Positions 26,819 through 37,968 of a stretch of 54,677 bases of DNA are shown in pieces. The position numbers and the translations under genes were made by a program. Each line of letters begins with the position of its first letter. Position 1 is the stretch's first letter. This stretch comes from an uncultured Candidatus Rokubacteria bacterium (GTDB lineage Bacteria > Methylomirabilota > Methylomirabilia > Rokubacteriales > DASRDR01), in assembly GCA_963708025.1 (NCBI GenBank), contig CAVPSB010000009.1, positions 1-54,677 on the forward strand, in the 5' to 3' direction. The notes beneath the pieces were generated by a model, which did no database searches, had not been told where the DNA came from, and saw only the letters and a list, made by a program, of their open reading frames with translations.

Positions 26819-29131
26819 GACTATCGGGACGATCAGGCGCCTGAGCCCGGTAGCGGGCGTAGAGGAACGAGGCCAGCACGAGCACGGCGCCGAGGACGAT
26901 GAACGAGAGGATCCGGTAGATCGCGTCCAGCTCCCTGAGGTCCACCAGGAACAGCTTCCCGACCGTCACCCCGAAGAGCGCGAAGGCCCCGACCCGTAGC
27001 GCGGTCACCTGCCGCCGCATCCCGAGGGCCATCATCGCGAAGGCGTAGAGCGTCCAGAGGATCGAGAGCGTCATGTTGCGCACCTTGGCGGCCTCGGCGG
27101 CGGGCAGCCCGGTCAATGGGAGCAGCCTGACCTCGGTGCTGGCGTGCCACAGCAGGAACAGCAGGGCGGCTGCCACCCCGAGCGTGCGGAGGCGGCGGCG
27201 ATTCGCCTCCACCCGCACCGGCCACGTCGGCGCCATCCAGCCGTACAGCGCGTACAGCCCCGCGATCAGGAGCCCCGAGACGAATCTCAGGTTGAGCACC
27301 GGCATCCGCAGCGTGGCCGGGAGCCGCTGCCACGCTTCCGCGTCCACCGTCGTCGCGTGGACGCCGAGCCCGGCCAGGAGCGCGGTGGTGGCGACGAACA
27401 GGAGCCGCGTCCGATCGCCGGGGACGAGGGCGAGCAGGGGGACGACGGCCGCGGTCCACACGAGCGTCTGCAAGACCTCCTGGTAGGCCTGGGCGATGCG
27501 GAGCGGCGGGAACTCGGCCAGCTCGATCGTCACGAAGAACGCCAGGCTGCCGATGGTGGCCAGCACGAGGAGGGGCCGCGCCGCCCGCTCCCAGCCGACG
27601 GTCTCCCCCTCCCGGCGCGCGTACAGGAGAGCGGCGAGCCCGGTCGAGGCGGCGAAGACCAGCGTCGGCAGGAGCAGCGGGCTCCCGACGAGGAAGGCGT
27701 CACCGGAGCCGGGCTGGTCCATCACGAGCCCGAGCCAGCGGTAGCCGGCCAGACCCAGCACGGCGAGGCCGGCACCGCGCAGCTTCCGGGAATCGAGCCG
27801 GACACCACCCGCCAGCACGACCAGCGCCTCGATGCTCCATACCACCGGCACCACGGGCCGCCGAAGCGCACGGCGCCGGTCGCGGTCAGGAGCGCCAGCG
27901 CGACGGCGAGGTGCGTGAGGGCGAGGGCCGACGCCGCGGCCACGTGCCGGCAGGCCCACCAGCCGGCGCCCGCGTAGGCCACGGCGAGCACCAGCCAGAG
28001 CAGTGCGAGCCCGTCGCGGTGCTCCGGCATCAGGATCGCCCGCGTCGCCAGGACGTAGGCCAGCGGCACGACCAGGACGAGGACGAGGGTCGGGACCCGC
28101 GGAAGTCCCGGTGGACGCCCGCGCCGCTCGCCGCCGATCGCCTCGACCAGCGGCACCAGCGCGAACAGGGCGAGGAAGACGCTGGCCGCGCCGAGCGCGA
28201 TCCCGAGCTTCGACGGCCGGTACCAGGTGGTGTACCAGCCGCCGTAGAGCGCCTGGGTGCACAGGAAGCTGACGACGGCCAGCTCGGTCCAGCGGCGCCA
28301 GTAGGCGGCGGCGAGGATCCCCGCGTCGAGGATGGCCAGGTAGACGAACAGCGGGACCGCGACGTCCCGGCCCGTGCTCAGGATGACGGGCGCCAGGAAA
28401 CCGCCGAGGCTGGCCAGCAGGGCGATGGCGCGGGCGTCCTGGTCGAGCGCGAGCACCACTCCGAGCGTGGTCACCAGCGCCAGGAAGCCGAAGGCCACCA
28501 CCGGCGGCGCCAGACCGTAGACGGCGTGGGCCGCGTAGCCGCTGAGGTAGAGCGTGCCGAGGCCGAGGGCGACCAGGCCCTGGGCCGGGCCACGGTAGTC
28601 ACCGCGGTGGAGCCGGCGGCCGAGAAGCAGGAGACCGAGGCCGAGCACGAGCCCGATGACCACGCGACCGGTCGGGCCGATCCAGGCGTTCTCGAACGCG
28701 TACCTCAGGAAGAAGGCGATCCCCACGATCAGGATGAGGACGCCGATCCGATTGAGCCCCCGCGCGCCGAATGAACTTTCCAGCTCCCCGACTCGCGAGC
28801 CGCCGGTCATCCGGGCGGCGGGGGTCGCCTCGGCGGCGACGACGGGCTCCAGCTCGACGGGAGACGGGGCGGCGGCCGCCGGTGCGGGCGCCACCGCCTC
28901 CGGCATCTCGCCGGGCAACCACGTCGCCGGCGCAGCGGCGGTCACCGGCTCGACGGGCGCCGCCGGCTCGACGGCAGCCCTCGGCTCGCCGCCCGGCCGG
29001 CGCTCGAGCGCCTCGACTCGCGCCTCCAGGGTCCGGATCCGCTGGCGGAGCCGGAGGTGGACGACCAGCATCGCCACCGGGACCAGCAGGACCACGATGG
29101 GCGCCAACAGCGCGAGGAAGAACATCTCCAT
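26805..29131 (-). CDS. DUF2339 multi-pass membrane protein (frameshift near 27855)
   Basis: [17 protein letters not shown]...WIGPTGR; C-terminal [21 protein letters not shown]; two frames. Confidence 0.85.
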
Positions 29132-29285
29132 CGGTGAACCGCGATGATAGCACGGCGGCGTGATCGGCCCGCGCCCTTGACAGCCGCGCGCCGTTTCTGA
29201 TACGAGAAGCTGGTCAGCGCTCCCCCGGATCGGCGAGCCTCCGAGAGGTCCGCCGCGCCCAACCATCGGACCCGAGGAGGCCCGC

Positions 29286-30101
29286 GTGCGAGCCCGAGAG
29301 ATCACCGAGTACAACAAGCTCACCTGGCCCGAGATGAACGACGCCATCGAGCTGGGCAAGGTCGTCATCCTGCCCACCGGCTCGACCGAGCAGCACGGCG
29401 CCCACCTGCCGCTCGACACCGATCTCTTCCTGGTGGAGTCGGTCTGCCGGGAGCTGGCGCGGCGGGCCCCGGACAAGGTCCTGGTGCTGCCCGGCATCCC
29501 CTACGGCCTGAACATGCACCACTTCGACTTCCCCGGCACCATCCACGTCGAGCCCCAGCACTTCATCGACTTCTGCGTGGACGTGACCAAGTCCGTCGCC
29601 TACCACGGCTTCAAGCGCATCGCCGTCGTCAACGGCCACGGCTCCAATATGCCGATGGCCGACCTCATCGCCCGCCGCACCGTGCTGGAGACGCCCGCGA
29701 TCTGCTGCGCCTTCGGCTACTACAACATGGGCCGCGAGGAGACGCTCGGGTTCATGGAGACCGGGGTGTACGCCCACGCCGACGAGTGGGAGACCTCGCT
29801 CTACCTGCACTTCGCCCGGGAGCGGGTGCAGATGGACAAGGCCGTCGCCGACAACGATCGCGTCGGCCAGACCATGACCTCCGACAGTACGACGTCCGTC
29901 CGCTTCAACGACTTCTGGGGCCGGTGGACGAAGACGGGCGTCCACGGGAACCCGACCAAGGCGTCCGCCGAGAAGGGCCAGCGGATCCTGGAGATCATCA
30001 TGAAGCACGCGCTGGTCTGGCTCGACGAGTTCCGCAGCTGGCCGATCGAGGCCCGGCAGAGCCAGCATCGACTGCCGGTCCAGCGCGACATCCGCTGGTA
30101 G
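29286..30101 (+). CDS. Creatininase-family amidohydrolase
   Basis: GSTEQHGAHLPLDTD, NGHGSN, HADEWETS. Confidence 0.92.
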   Translation: MRAREITEYNKLTWPEMNDAIELGKVVILPTGSTEQHGAHLPLDTDLFLVESVCRELARRAPDKVLVLPGIPYGLNMHHFDFPGTIHVEPQHFIDFCVDVTKSVAYHGFKRIAVVNGHGSNMPMADLIARRTVLETPAICCAFGYYNMGREETLGFMETGVYAHADEWETSLYLHFARERVQMDKAVADNDRVGQTMTSDSTTSVRFNDFWGRWTKTGVHGNPTKASAEKGQRILEIIMKHALVWLDEFRSWPIEARQSQHRLPVQRDIRW

Positions 30102-30104
30102 ACC

Positions 30105-30183
30105 ATCGGGAGGGGGGCTACGCCCCCCTCCCGGATCTCCCCGCGGGGGGATGCGGCGGCCAAGCCGCCGCTCGGAGTGGAAC
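30105..30183 (+). repeat. Family-B variant
   Basis: CGGGAGGGGGGC-TAC-GCCCCCCTCCCG (one bulge), then GCGGCGGC-CAA-GCCGCCGC and TGGAAC, just after the stop. Confidence 0.6.
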
Positions 30184-30293
30184 GTCATGACCGCGAGGCC
30201 AGCAACAAGCGGGTTTGGAGTAGCCCGGCCCGACCGGACGGAGAACATCGAAGCTTCGGTATTCACTCACAGGTCGTGAGAAAGGGGGACCCC

Positions 30294-31853
30294 ATGCAGC
30301 TCACGCGCAGAGAGATCCTGGCCCTCGGGGGCGCCGCCGGCGCCACCGCCCTCCTCGGCGTCCCGGCCCGCGCCCAGAAGAAGGGTGGCGACGTGATCGT
30401 CGGCACCGTCTCGGCGCCGCCGCTGACCGACGCCCAGGCCTCGACCGCCGAGGTCTCGCGCAACGTCAGCCTCCACTGGATCGAGACGCTCTGGGCGCGC
30501 GACGAGAACGGGAACGCGATCCCCGACCTGGCCGCGAAGACGGACATCGCGCCCGACGGGAAGACCTACACGTTCACGCTGCGCCAGGGCGTGATGTTCC
30601 ACAACGGCCAGGAGATGACGGCGCCGGACGTCAAGGCCTCGCTCGAGCGCTACGGCCGGGTCGGCGGCAGCGCCGCCATGATGAAGCCGGTCGAGTCGAT
30701 CCAGGCCGTCAGCAAGTACGTGGTGCGCGTCGCGCTCAAGCAGCCGTCGCCGGGCTTCATCGACCAGCTCAGCTCGCCGCGGGCGCCGGTCGGCATCATG
30801 CCGGCCAGCGAGGGCGACAAGGAGCGGGGGAAGATCAGCCACATCGGGACCGGCCCCTACCAGTTCGTCGAGTTCCGCCCGGACAGCCACGTCAAGCTGA
30901 AGCGGTTCGACGGTTACGTCGCCAACTCGAGCTTCCCGAAGCGCGACGGCTTCGGCGGCCGCAAGACCGCCTACTTCGAGACGGTCACCTTCCGCCACAT
31001 CCCGGAGGGCGGGGCCCGCTCGGCCGCGCTCGAGACCGGCGAGGTCCACGCCGTCGACATGCTGCCGCCGGCGGCGGCCGATCGGCTGAAGGGGAACAAG
31101 AGCGTCAAGATCTACGCGGCCATGCCGTGGGCGTTCCAGACCATCATCATGAACGCCTCCCAGGGCGTGACCGCCAACATGAAGGTCCGGCAGGCGGTCC
31201 AGGCCACCCTCGACTGCGAGGAGATCATGGCGATCGCCGGCGAGGGTCTCTACCGCCTGACCCACGGCTGGCAGCACCCGGGCACGACCTACTTCGCGGG
31301 CGACGTCGGCAAGGAGTTCTACAACCAGAAGAACGCCGCCCGGGCCAAGCAGCTCCTGCAGGAGGCGGGCTACAAGGGCGAGGAGATCGTCTTCCTGACC
31401 GACTCGACGTACAAGTACCACCAGGACACTGCGGTGGTGGCCAGCGAGCAGATGAAGAAGGCCGGCTTCAACGTCAAGCTCAACGTGGTGGACTGGCCGA
31501 CCGCCTTCGAGATCCGGCGGAAGCCCGAGGGCTGGAACCTCTGGTCGCTCGCCTTCGGCATCGAGCCGTACGAGGGGCCCTACAACGTGGCCGGCTTCTT
31601 CGTCGGCGAGAACGGTGGCAAGGGCGCCCAGTGGGCGCCGGACGCCGAGCTGAACCGGGCCGATGCCGCCCTCAACACGTCGCTGAAGGTCGAGGACCGG
31701 AAGAAGGCCTTCGCCGACTTCCAGCGCCGCTTCTTCGAGTACGTCCCGGGGATCAAGGTCGGCGACCTCGGCCGCTACCAGGCGACCCGCGCCAACGTGG
31801 TCGGCTACGCGACCGCCCGCATCCCGCGCATGTGGGACGTGTCGTTCGACTGA
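30294..31853 (+). CDS. Peptide/nickel-family ABC substrate-binding protein (Tat)
   Basis: TRREIL Tat signal, LRQGVMFHNG, IGTGPYQF. Confidence 0.9.
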   Translation: MQLTRREILALGGAAGATALLGVPARAQKKGGDVIVGTVSAPPLTDAQASTAEVSRNVSLHWIETLWARDENGNAIPDLAAKTDIAPDGKTYTFTLRQGVMFHNGQEMTAPDVKASLERYGRVGGSAAMMKPVESIQAVSKYVVRVALKQPSPGFIDQLSSPRAPVGIMPASEGDKERGKISHIGTGPYQFVEFRPDSHVKLKRFDGYVANSSFPKRDGFGGRKTAYFETVTFRHIPEGGARSAALETGEVHAVDMLPPAAADRLKGNKSVKIYAAMPWAFQTIIMNASQGVTANMKVRQAVQATLDCEEIMAIAGEGLYRLTHGWQHPGTTYFAGDVGKEFYNQKNAARAKQLLQEAGYKGEEIVFLTDSTYKYHQDTAVVASEQMKKAGFNVKLNVVDWPTAFEIRRKPEGWNLWSLAFGIEPYEGPYNVAGFFVGENGGKGAQWAPDAELNRADAALNTSLKVEDRKKAFADFQRRFFEYVPGIKVGDLGRYQATRANVVGYATARIPRMWDVSFD

Positions 31854-31946
31854 TCCGGGCCCGTGCCGCTCCGCCTCCGGCCGCCCCCCTCCCCCGCGCA
31901 CCGGGGGAGGGGTTGGAGCCGGAGGCGGGATCCGTCACGCTCGACC

Positions 31947-32893
31947 ATGACCCGGTACCTGGTCTACCGGCTGCTGAGCGCCATCCCCGTCCTGGCCGTC
32001 GTCTCGCTCGCCTCGTTCCTCCTCATCTTCCTGGTCCCCGGCGACCCGGCGGCGGAGATCGCCGGCCCCGGCGCGACGTCGGAAGAGGTGGCGCGCATCC
32101 GCAGCCAGCTCGGCCTCGACGCGCCGGTCCACGTCCAGATGGCGAGCTACTACGGGCGGCTCTTCCGCGGCGACCTCGGCCACTCGATCATGCTGAACCG
32201 GAGCGTCACCCGGGCCATCATCGAGCGGGCGCCGGTCACCCTGTCGCTGACCGGCGCTGGCGCTCGGCATCTCGCTCGTCGTCGCCGTCGTCCTCGGCGT
32301 GGTGGCGGCCGTGAAGCGCAACACCTGGGTCGACCAGTCCGCGATGACCGTCGCCCTGCTCGGGCTGTCGGTGCCGGACTTCTGGGTCGGCCTGGTCATG
32401 ATCTACACCTTCGCGGTGCATGCTCGGCTGGTTCCCGACCGGCGGCTACGTCGAGCTCGGCCAGGGGGTGATCCCCTGGCTCCGCAGCCTGGCGATGCCG
32501 GCCGTCGCGCTCGGCATCACCCAGCTCGGCCTCCTCGCCCGCATCACCCGGGCGGCGATGCTGGAGGTCCTCAACCAGGACTACGTGCGCACGGCGCGCG
32601 CCAAGGGCCTGCCCGAGCGGGTGGTGGTCGACAAGCACGCCCTGGCCAACGCCATGATCCCGGTGGTGACGGTGATCGGCCTGATCGTCGGCATCCTCCT
32701 GGGGGGCGCCGTGGTGGTCGAGCAGGTCTTCTCGCTGCCCGGGGCCGGCCGCCTGATCATCGGGGCGATCCTCCGCCGCGACTACCCGGTGATCCAGGGC
32801 GGCCTGCTGCTGGTCGCCGTGATCTTCGTCTTCGTGAACCTGGCGGTGGACGTCCTGTACGCCTCCCTCGACCCGCGTGTCCGCTATGACTGA
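31947..32893 (+). CDS. DppB-like permease (frameshifts near 32253 and 32419)
   Basis: PGDPA, DYVRTARAKG, RDYPVIQG, LDPRVR across three frames. Confidence 0.85.
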
Positions 32894-33748
32894 TCGTCGC
32901 CGGCCGGCTGCGCCGCTCGAAGGCGGTCCGGCGGCTGCTCCACCACCGGCTGTTCATGACCGGGCTGGTGCTGTTCGCCCTGATCGTCGCGATGGCGGCG
33001 TCGGCCGCGCGTCCTCGCCCCCCACCCGCCGAACCAGAACAACTTCCGCTACCGCCTCGGCGCCCCGACCCGGGTCTTCCTGCTCGGCACCGACGGCTTC
33101 GGGCGCGACGTCCTCAGCCGCGTGATCCACGGGGCCCGGGTGTCGCTCCGCATCGGCCTGATGGTCGTGGTGATGAACGCCATCCTCGGCACCCTGATCG
33201 GCGCCGGCGCCGGCTCGGTCCGCTCGCTCGACAACGTGGTGATGCGCGTCATGGACGGCCTGATGGCCTTCCCGGCCATCCTGCTCGCCATCGCCCTGGC
33301 CGCCACGCTGGGCGCCTCGGAGCTGAACGTGGTCCTGGCCCTCACCATCGCCTACACGCCCCGCACCGCCCGCATCGTGCGGGCCTCGGTGCTGGTGGTG
33401 CGCGAGCTGGAGTACGTGCAGGCGGCGCTGGCGGCCGGGGCGGGGTACCTCCGCATCCTGTTCCGCCACATCCTGGCCAACAGCATGGCCCCGCTCATCG
33501 TCCAGCTCACCTTCATCTTCGCGGTGTCGGTGCTGGCCGAGGCCGTGCTGAGCTTCATCGGCGTGGGGCCGCCGCCGCCCACCCCCACCTGGGGCAACGT
33601 CATCGCCGAGGGCCGCAACTACATCCGGGAGGCGCCCTGGATCTCGCTGTTCCCGGGGATCGCCATCGGGATCACCGTGCTGGGGCTCAACCTCCTCGGC
33701 GACGGCCTCCGCGACGTCCTCGACCCCCGCATCAAGGTCGAGCGCTGA
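32886..33748 (+). CDS. DppC-like permease (frameshifts near 32895-32920 and 33010)
   Basis: LGTDGFGRDVLSRVIHGAR, NLLGDGLRDVLDPR. Confidence 0.85.
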
Positions 33749-33792
33749 GCAGTACAATGACCGGCGAGCCCAACTCCGTCCCGGAGGGACAC

Positions 33793-34671
33793 ATGGACAG
33801 TCGCGCCTCCCGAGAGTACCGCTACGAGAAGCTGACCTGGCCGGAGATCGACGACGCGGTCGGGCTGGGGAAGGTGTGCATCGTGCCGTGCGGCTCCGTC
33901 GAGCAGCACGCCCCGCACCTGCCGCTGGACACCGACATCGTCTGCCCGACCGAGATCGCCCGCGAGGCCGGGCGCCGGGCCCCGGGGAAGATCCTGGTGC
34001 TGCCGGCGGTCGCCTACGGCTACACCGGGCACGTCATGGACTTCCCGGGCACCATCAACACCCACTTCGAGCACTTCATCCACCAGGTGCTCGACATCAC
34101 GAAGTCGCTCGCCTACCACGGCTTCAAGAAGATCGTCCTGCTCAACGGGCATGGCTCGAACATGCCGAACCTCGACCTGGTGGCGCGGCGGACGAACCTG
34201 GAGACCGACGCCGAGTGCATCCTGATCGCCTGGTGGAACCTCCTCACCGTGGACAAGGAATTCCTGCCCCGCTGGCGGGAGAGCCCCTTCCCGGGCGGCT
34301 GCGCCCACGCCTGCGAGCTGGAGACGTCGCTCTACCTCTACCTCGACGGGGAGAACGTCCGGACGGACCGGATCAAGAGCGGGAACACCAGCATCAACGA
34401 GGAGAAGAGCCCGTTCAACTGGATCGACCTCTTCGGCGCCGGGCCGGCCACCCTGGTCTCCTGGACGTCCACCTACACGGAGAGCGGGGTGGCGGGGGCC
34501 GCCGAGCTGGCGACGCCCGAGAAGGGGCGGCAGGCGTACGAGGAGGCGGTGACCCAGCTCCTCCGCTTCGTGGACTACTTCAAGGACCGGCCGGTGGACG
34601 TGCGGCACGACCGCCACCGGAAGCCGCCCACGATGCCGATCCCCTGGGGGCAGCGGCCGGTCAACCCCTGA
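33793..34671 (+). CDS. Second creatininase-family amidohydrolase
   Basis: GSVEQHAPHLPLDTD, NGHGSN, HACELETS; GGAGG RBS. Confidence 0.92.
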   Translation: MDSRASREYRYEKLTWPEIDDAVGLGKVCIVPCGSVEQHAPHLPLDTDIVCPTEIAREAGRRAPGKILVLPAVAYGYTGHVMDFPGTINTHFEHFIHQVLDITKSLAYHGFKKIVLLNGHGSNMPNLDLVARRTNLETDAECILIAWWNLLTVDKEFLPRWRESPFPGGCAHACELETSLYLYLDGENVRTDRIKSGNTSINEEKSPFNWIDLFGAGPATLVSWTSTYTESGVAGAAELATPEKGRQAYEEAVTQLLRFVDYFKDRPVDVRHDRHRKPPTMPIPWGQRPVNP

Positions 34672-34693
34672 CGGGCCTCGCGGCCCGCGCGCC

Positions 34694-36082
34694 TCACCAG
34701 GACTCCACCGGGAACGTGTAGTTCTCGCCGATCTTGACGCGGGCCACGCGGCCGGCCGCGTCCAGCTCGAAGACGACCGGCTCGCCCAGCGAAGCGAAGC
34801 CGTCCTTCGACTCGAGCCGGAAGGTGTGCTCGCCGGCCGGGACCAGCCTGGCCGGCGCCAGCATGGGATCGGGGAGCGCCGGGCCGATCGCGACCAGCTC
34901 GCCCTTGAGAACGAGGACCTGGAGGTCGCCCCAGGGATTGCGATAGCGACCGACGTAGCGCGACCAGCCGGGGTCGGGCGCCGCCGGCGACGGCCGTGGG
35001 GCGGCCGCCTTCCGGATGGCGGGGGCGACCCACTCGAACGCCTTCTCGGCGAACTTGACCGGCTCGCCATCGTCGGCGTTGGTGAGCACGATGACCGCGA
35101 TCCGGTCCGCCGGACAGATCCGCAGCTCGGTGCGGTAGCCACGCAGGGCGCCGCCGTGGCCGACGAAAGTCTGGCCGGACTGCCGCACGATCCGGAAGCC
35201 CAGCCCCCAGCCGGCCTCCCAGTCGGGCTCGAGCCAGTGGACGCGCTGCATCTCGCGGAGCGTCGCGCCCTTCAGGATCTGCGCTCCGCCGGCGGGCCCG
35301 TCGCGGAGCTGGAGCATCGCGAAGCGGGCGAGGTCGGCGACGCTCGTGGTCATGCTCCCGGCGGGGGTGATGCCCTTGAGGTCGCTGGTAGGCGCCGTCG
35401 TCCGCTCGCCCGGCGGCAGCCGGCGGCCGTAGCCGGTCGCCAGCCGCGGGTGATCGGCCGGGGGGGTCTCGACGTGGGTGTCCCGCATCCCGAGCGGGTC
35501 GAGGATCCGCTGCTGGACGTACTCGGCGTACGGCTGGCCGGACGCGGCGGCCACCACCTCGCCGGCGAGCGTGAGCGCCAGGTTCGAGTACTTCCACCGC
35601 GTCTCGATCGCTAGCACGCTCTCCTGCTCGGGCAGTCGCGCCTTCAGCTCGTCCCGCGTCGGGAACCGGCCGTCGACCCAGTAGGGGAAGGCCGCCTCGC
35701 GCGGGAGGCCGGAGGTGTGGGTCAGGAGGTGCCGGATCGTGATCGCCGGCGCATCGGGGTCCGGGCTCTTCAGGGCGAACCACGGGAGGTGCGCCGACAG
35801 CGGGTCATCGAGGGCGAGCTTCCGGGCGTCGCGGAGCTGGAGGATGGCGGTGGCGGTGAACAGCTTGGTGATGGAGGCGATGCGGTAGAGCGTCTCGGGC
35901 GTCGCCGGCACCTTGCGCTCGACGTTCGCCCAGCCGAAGCCGCGCGCCCACACCAGGCCCTGGTCGTGCACCACGCCGATCGAGAGCCCCGGGAGGCCGC
36001 TGTAGGCCATCTGGCCCTCGATCCACGCGGAGAGCAGGTCGAGCGCGGACCGGACGTCGTGGTCGTCCAGGAGAGTCGTCAT
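34694..36082 (-). CDS. Serine hydrolase (beta-lactamase/class C-like) with C-terminal extension
   Basis: ASITK (SxxK), LLTHTSG, YSN, HGG. Confidence 0.9.
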   Translation of the reverse strand: MTTLLDDHDVRSALDLLSAWIEGQMAYSGLPGLSIGVVHDQGLVWARGFGWANVERKVPATPETLYRIASITKLFTATAILQLRDARKLALDDPLSAHLPWFALKSPDPDAPAITIRHLLTHTSGLPREAAFPYWVDGRFPTRDELKARLPEQESVLAIETRWKYSNLALTLAGEVVAAASGQPYAEYVQQRILDPLGMRDTHVETPPADHPRLATGYGRRLPPGERTTAPTSDLKGITPAGSMTTSVADLARFAMLQLRDGPAGGAQILKGATLREMQRVHWLEPDWEAGWGLGFRIVRQSGQTFVGHGGALRGYRTELRICPADRIAVIVLTNADDGEPVKFAEKAFEWVAPAIRKAAAPRPSPAAPDPGWSRYVGRYRNPWGDLQVLVLKGELVAIGPALPDPMLAPARLVPAGEHTFRLESKDGFASLGEPVVFELDAAGRVARVKIGENYTFPVESW

Positions 36083-36188
36083 GCCACGCACGGTAGACCA
36101 AGACGGGGAGGGTCGCAAGCCGGGCCTTGCGCATTCCGCCGGGGTCTTGCACACTCGGGGCACCCACGACGTCAGAAAGGAGATCGCG

Positions 36189-37745
36189 ATGCAAAGCCGG
36201 ATCTGCAGGGCGCTCGGTCTCGTGCTAGGTCTCGTGCTGCTCGGGGGGCTGATCGCCGGGCCGGCCTGGGCCCAGCGCGGTCAGCTCAAGGTCGGGCTGG
36301 ACGGCGACCTCTCCGACGTCGACCTGCACATGACGACCCACTACATCAGCCGGGTCGCGCTGCTCAACGTGTACGAGATGCTGGTCACGCTCGGCGAGGA
36401 TCTCTCGATCAAGCCGATGCTGGTGGACCGGTGGACGATCAGCCCGGACGCCACCGTGTACACCTTCACGCTCCGGAAAGGCGTCAAGTTCCACGGCGGC
36501 AAGCCGATGGACTCGAAGGACGTCGTCTACACGCTCAAGAAGATGCAGGCCAAGGGCTGCCGGTCGGCCGAGTTCAAGCGGCTCATGAAGGAGATCGAGG
36601 CCCCCGACGCCCAGACCGTGAAGATCACGCTGACCGGTCCGTCGGGCGCGTTCCTGGCGACACTGGCCAACCTGATCTGCCCGGCGGTCGTGTACCCCGA
36701 CGGCGAGGCCGAGCGGCAGGGTGGGACGATCACGAAGCCGGTCGGCACCGGTCCCTTCGAGTTCGTCGAGTGGAAGAAGGACAGCTACCTCCGGGTCAAG
36801 CGCTTCAAGGACTACGCGGTGGACCCGCGGCCGGCGTCGGGCATGGCCGGGAAGAAAGAGGCGCTGGTCGAGACCGTCAACTTCATCCCGATCGTGGACC
36901 CCTCGGTGCGGGCGGCGGCGATCGAGCGCGGTGACGTCGACATCGCCATCGGCCTGCTGGTCGAGGACGTGACCCGCCTCAAGGGCAAGCCGGGGGTCGT
37001 GGTGGAGGCCAAGCCGAGCGTCAACTTCCAGGACCTCCGCTTCGGCTTCAAGAGGGGGCCGTTCAAGGACAACGTGAAGCTCCGGCAGGCGGTCGGCTAC
37101 GCGCTGGACAAGGACGAGATCGCCAAGGCCATCACCGTCGGCTTCGGAAAGCCGGCGCCGGCCGGGATCCCCCCCGGCACCCCGTTCTTCACCCCGGTCC
37201 ACGCCCAGGATCCGTTCGGCAAGCCGAACGTCGCCCGGGCCAAGCAGCTCCTGGCCGAGGCCGGGTACAAGGGCGAGGAGATCACGCTCTCTGCCCACCT
37301 GGTGCCGGACCAGATCGCCCAGGCCGCCGTCGTCATGCAGTCCCAGATGCAGGCGGCCGGGATGAACGTGAAGGTGAAGACGCTGGAGTCGGCGGCCCTC
37401 CAGCAGGTGTGGAACAACGGCGACTTCGACTTCTTCCTCTCGGGCCTGACGCCGCGCCCGGACGCCGACATCTACTACTGCCAGTTCTGGGAGTCGAGCG
37501 GCAGCCAGGCCGGCTACAAGAACCCCGAGTACGACCGGCTGTGCGACGCCGGCCGCAAGGCCGTCAAGCAGGAGGACCGGGCGAAGATCTACACCCAGCT
37601 CGAGCAGCTCCTGCGCGCCGACGTCCCGTGGATCCCGACGATCTTCACGCCGAGCGTCGCCGCCTCCCGCGAGGGCGTGAAGGGCTGGAACCACTGGTCG
37701 GCAGGCTACGCCAGAGTCTGGGGCGTCTCGGCGCCGGGCCGATAA
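36189..37745 (+). CDS. Peptide-family ABC substrate-binding protein
   Basis: Signal peptide, LRKGVKFHGG, VGTGPFEF. Confidence 0.9.
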   Translation: MQSRICRALGLVLGLVLLGGLIAGPAWAQRGQLKVGLDGDLSDVDLHMTTHYISRVALLNVYEMLVTLGEDLSIKPMLVDRWTISPDATVYTFTLRKGVKFHGGKPMDSKDVVYTLKKMQAKGCRSAEFKRLMKEIEAPDAQTVKITLTGPSGAFLATLANLICPAVVYPDGEAERQGGTITKPVGTGPFEFVEWKKDSYLRVKRFKDYAVDPRPASGMAGKKEALVETVNFIPIVDPSVRAAAIERGDVDIAIGLLVEDVTRLKGKPGVVVEAKPSVNFQDLRFGFKRGPFKDNVKLRQAVGYALDKDEIAKAITVGFGKPAPAGIPPGTPFFTPVHAQDPFGKPNVARAKQLLAEAGYKGEEITLSAHLVPDQIAQAAVVMQSQMQAAGMNVKVKTLESAALQQVWNNGDFDFFLSGLTPRPDADIYYCQFWESSGSQAGYKNPEYDRLCDAGRKAVKQEDRAKIYTQLEQLLRADVPWIPTIFTPSVAASREGVKGWNHWSAGYARVWGVSAPGR

Positions 37746-37810
37746 CCTTCGAATTGTTCGGCTCGGCCGTGGCGCCTCGCGCCTGCGGCGCTCGGGCCCG
37801 CCCGGCCTAT

Positions 37811-37930
37811 GGGGCGTCCTCAGCCCGCGCCCACTATCCTCGGACTACCAGGGCGTACGCCTCCGGTGGGCGCGGGCCTGCGTCGATTGAACGGCCTTCG
37901 GCCTGGGAGGGCTCCTCGGTTCTCGCCCCG
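37811..37930 (-). repeat. Divergent family-A copy
   Basis: Retains ATCCTCGG, GTACGCCT, CCTGCGTC, ACGGCCTTCGGCCTG and GCTCCTCGG, with a replaced stem GCCCGCGCCCAC/GTGGGCGCGGGC. Confidence 0.6.
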
Positions 37931-37968
37931 GCGCCGGGTGTGATCGCCGTTCCCGAGTTCGCGCTTCC

